A program made the position numbers and the translations under genes. The notes beneath the pieces were generated by a model. The model was not told the origin of the DNA. It saw nothing but the letters and a program-made list of their open reading frames with translations, and ran no database searches. A DNA stretch of 64,000 nucleotides from Prochlorococcus sp. AG-335-I21 (GTDB taxonomy: Bacteria; Cyanobacteriota; Cyanobacteriia; PCC-6307; Cyanobiaceae): assembly GCA_003282225.1 (NCBI GenBank), contig QBZO01000001.1, positions 2,754-66,753 of the forward strand, given 5' to 3'. Positions within the stretch are counted from its first letter, which is position 1, and each line of letters begins with the position of its first letter. This document shows positions 62,996 to 64,000 of the stretch, piece by piece.

Positions 62996-63805
62996 TTATC
63001 CGAATTTCCCTGAGATATATTCTTGAGTAGTTTTTTCCTTAGGGGAACTAAAAATCTTCTTTGTAGAATTGAATTCCGCTAGATATCCAACCTTACCTCC
63101 ATCACCATCCTCATATTCAATTGCATTAAAGAAAGCAGTCATATCACTAACTCTTAGAGCCTGCTGCATATTGTGAGTAACTATTATAATTGTGTAATTC
63201 TTCTTAAGTTCGTGCATTGTTTCTTCTATTTTTAAAGTTGAAATAGGATCCAATGCTGAGCAAGGTTCGTCCATAAGTATTATTTCAGGTTCAATTGCTA
63301 TTGTTCTTGCTATACATAGTCTTTGTTGTTGCCCCCCAGACAATGAGTAACCACTATCATTCAATTTATCCTTACATTCACTCCATAAAGCAGCCTTTTT
63401 AAGCGAAAGTTCCACTAAATCGTCCATATCTCCAACATATCCATTAATTCTTGCTCCAAATGCAATATTCTCGTAAATAGATTTAGGAAAAGGATTAGGT
63501 TGCTGAAAAACCATCCCTATTCTTCTTCTGACTTCAACCGGATCTACTCTCTTATCATAAATATTCGTCCCATCAAAAAGTACAGTGCCTTTTAATGAAC
63601 AATTAGGAATTAAGTCGTTCATCCGATTTAAAGACCTTAAAACAGTCGATTTACCGCAACCAGAAGGTCCAATTAGAGACGTTATATCTCCTTTCTTGAA
63701 ATTACAAAAAATATTTTTTACAGCTTCAAATTTTCCATAGCTAATAGAAACATCCTCTAAAGATAAAATATGATTCTTTTGTGCCTTTTTATTATTTTTA
63801 ATCAT
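62996..63805 (-). CDS. pstB: Phosphate ABC transporter ATPase
   Basis: [45 protein letters not shown]. Confidence 0.98.
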   Translation of the reverse strand: MIKNNKKAQKNHILSLEDVSISYGKFEAVKNIFCNFKKGDITSLIGPSGCGKSTVLRSLNRMNDLIPNCSLKGTVLFDGTNIYDKRVDPVEVRRRIGMVFQQPNPFPKSIYENIAFGARINGYVGDMDDLVELSLKKAALWSECKDKLNDSGYSLSGGQQQRLCIARTIAIEPEIILMDEPCSALDPISTLKIEETMHELKKNYTIIIVTHNMQQALRVSDMTAFFNAIEYEDGDGGKVGYLAEFNSTKKIFSSPKEKTTQEYISGKFG

Positions 63806-63806
63806 T

Positions 63807-64000
63807 TCATACCCTCTTAGTCTTCTCTGTAAATGCGGCTAAGATCCTTGAAAATATATTTACTGAAAGAATAGACAAAACAAGTATGAAAGATGCCGCC
63901 CAAGCAAGTTTATTTTGAGCATCATATGGTTCTAAAGCAAAATTATAAATTAAAACTGCAAGAGATCCCATTTCATAAAACAAATCACCAAACCCAGTTA
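63807..64000 (-). CDS. pstA: Phosphate ABC transporter permease, 3' part
   Basis: ...[29 protein letters not shown]...RV*; stop lies 1 nt before the pstB start. Confidence 0.92.
   Translation of the reverse strand, partial: TGFGDLFYEMGSLAVLIYNFALEPYDAQNKLAWAASFILVLSILSVNIFSRILAAFTEKTKRV

Noticed and set aside
1-64000. CRISPR arrays, tRNA/rRNA genes, IS elements, prophage or integrase
   Set aside because: No regularly spaced repeats, cloverleaf-like segments, or transposase/recombinase ORFs seen

Overview
AT-rich chromosome segment that reads as a high-light Prochlorococcus (MED4/MIT9515-like), judged from gene content and order. Positions 1-49.6 kb are core genome: proB, lpxD, leuB, prk, accD, a eukaryote-type class I aldolase, purQ/purS, cobW, ilvD, pgl-gnd, glgC, hemA, glpX, rpe, ccsA, lptB, typA, chlP, glyS, sir, recG, tsf-rpsB, devBCA, pcyA, an M16 peptidase pair, sipA, ftsH, clpP, psb29 and petN. 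Positions 49.6-56 kb are a variable patch of tiny ORFs with a hidden paralog pair, an RHH-type regulator, a DUF2130 protein and a stand-alone IF2-N protein. It is followed by the four-gene ligase-associated DNA damage cluster (exonuclease, ATP-dependent ligase, Lhr helicase, PdeM). The window ends with three micro-ORFs, a candidate two-hairpin sRNA with overlapping NtcA/LexA-like boxes, and pstB/pstA. chlP and sir each carry a +1 A in a homopolymer, most likely assembly errors. I found no tRNA, rRNA, CRISPR array, IS element or integrase. All calls come from reading motifs and recalling families; no searches were run.
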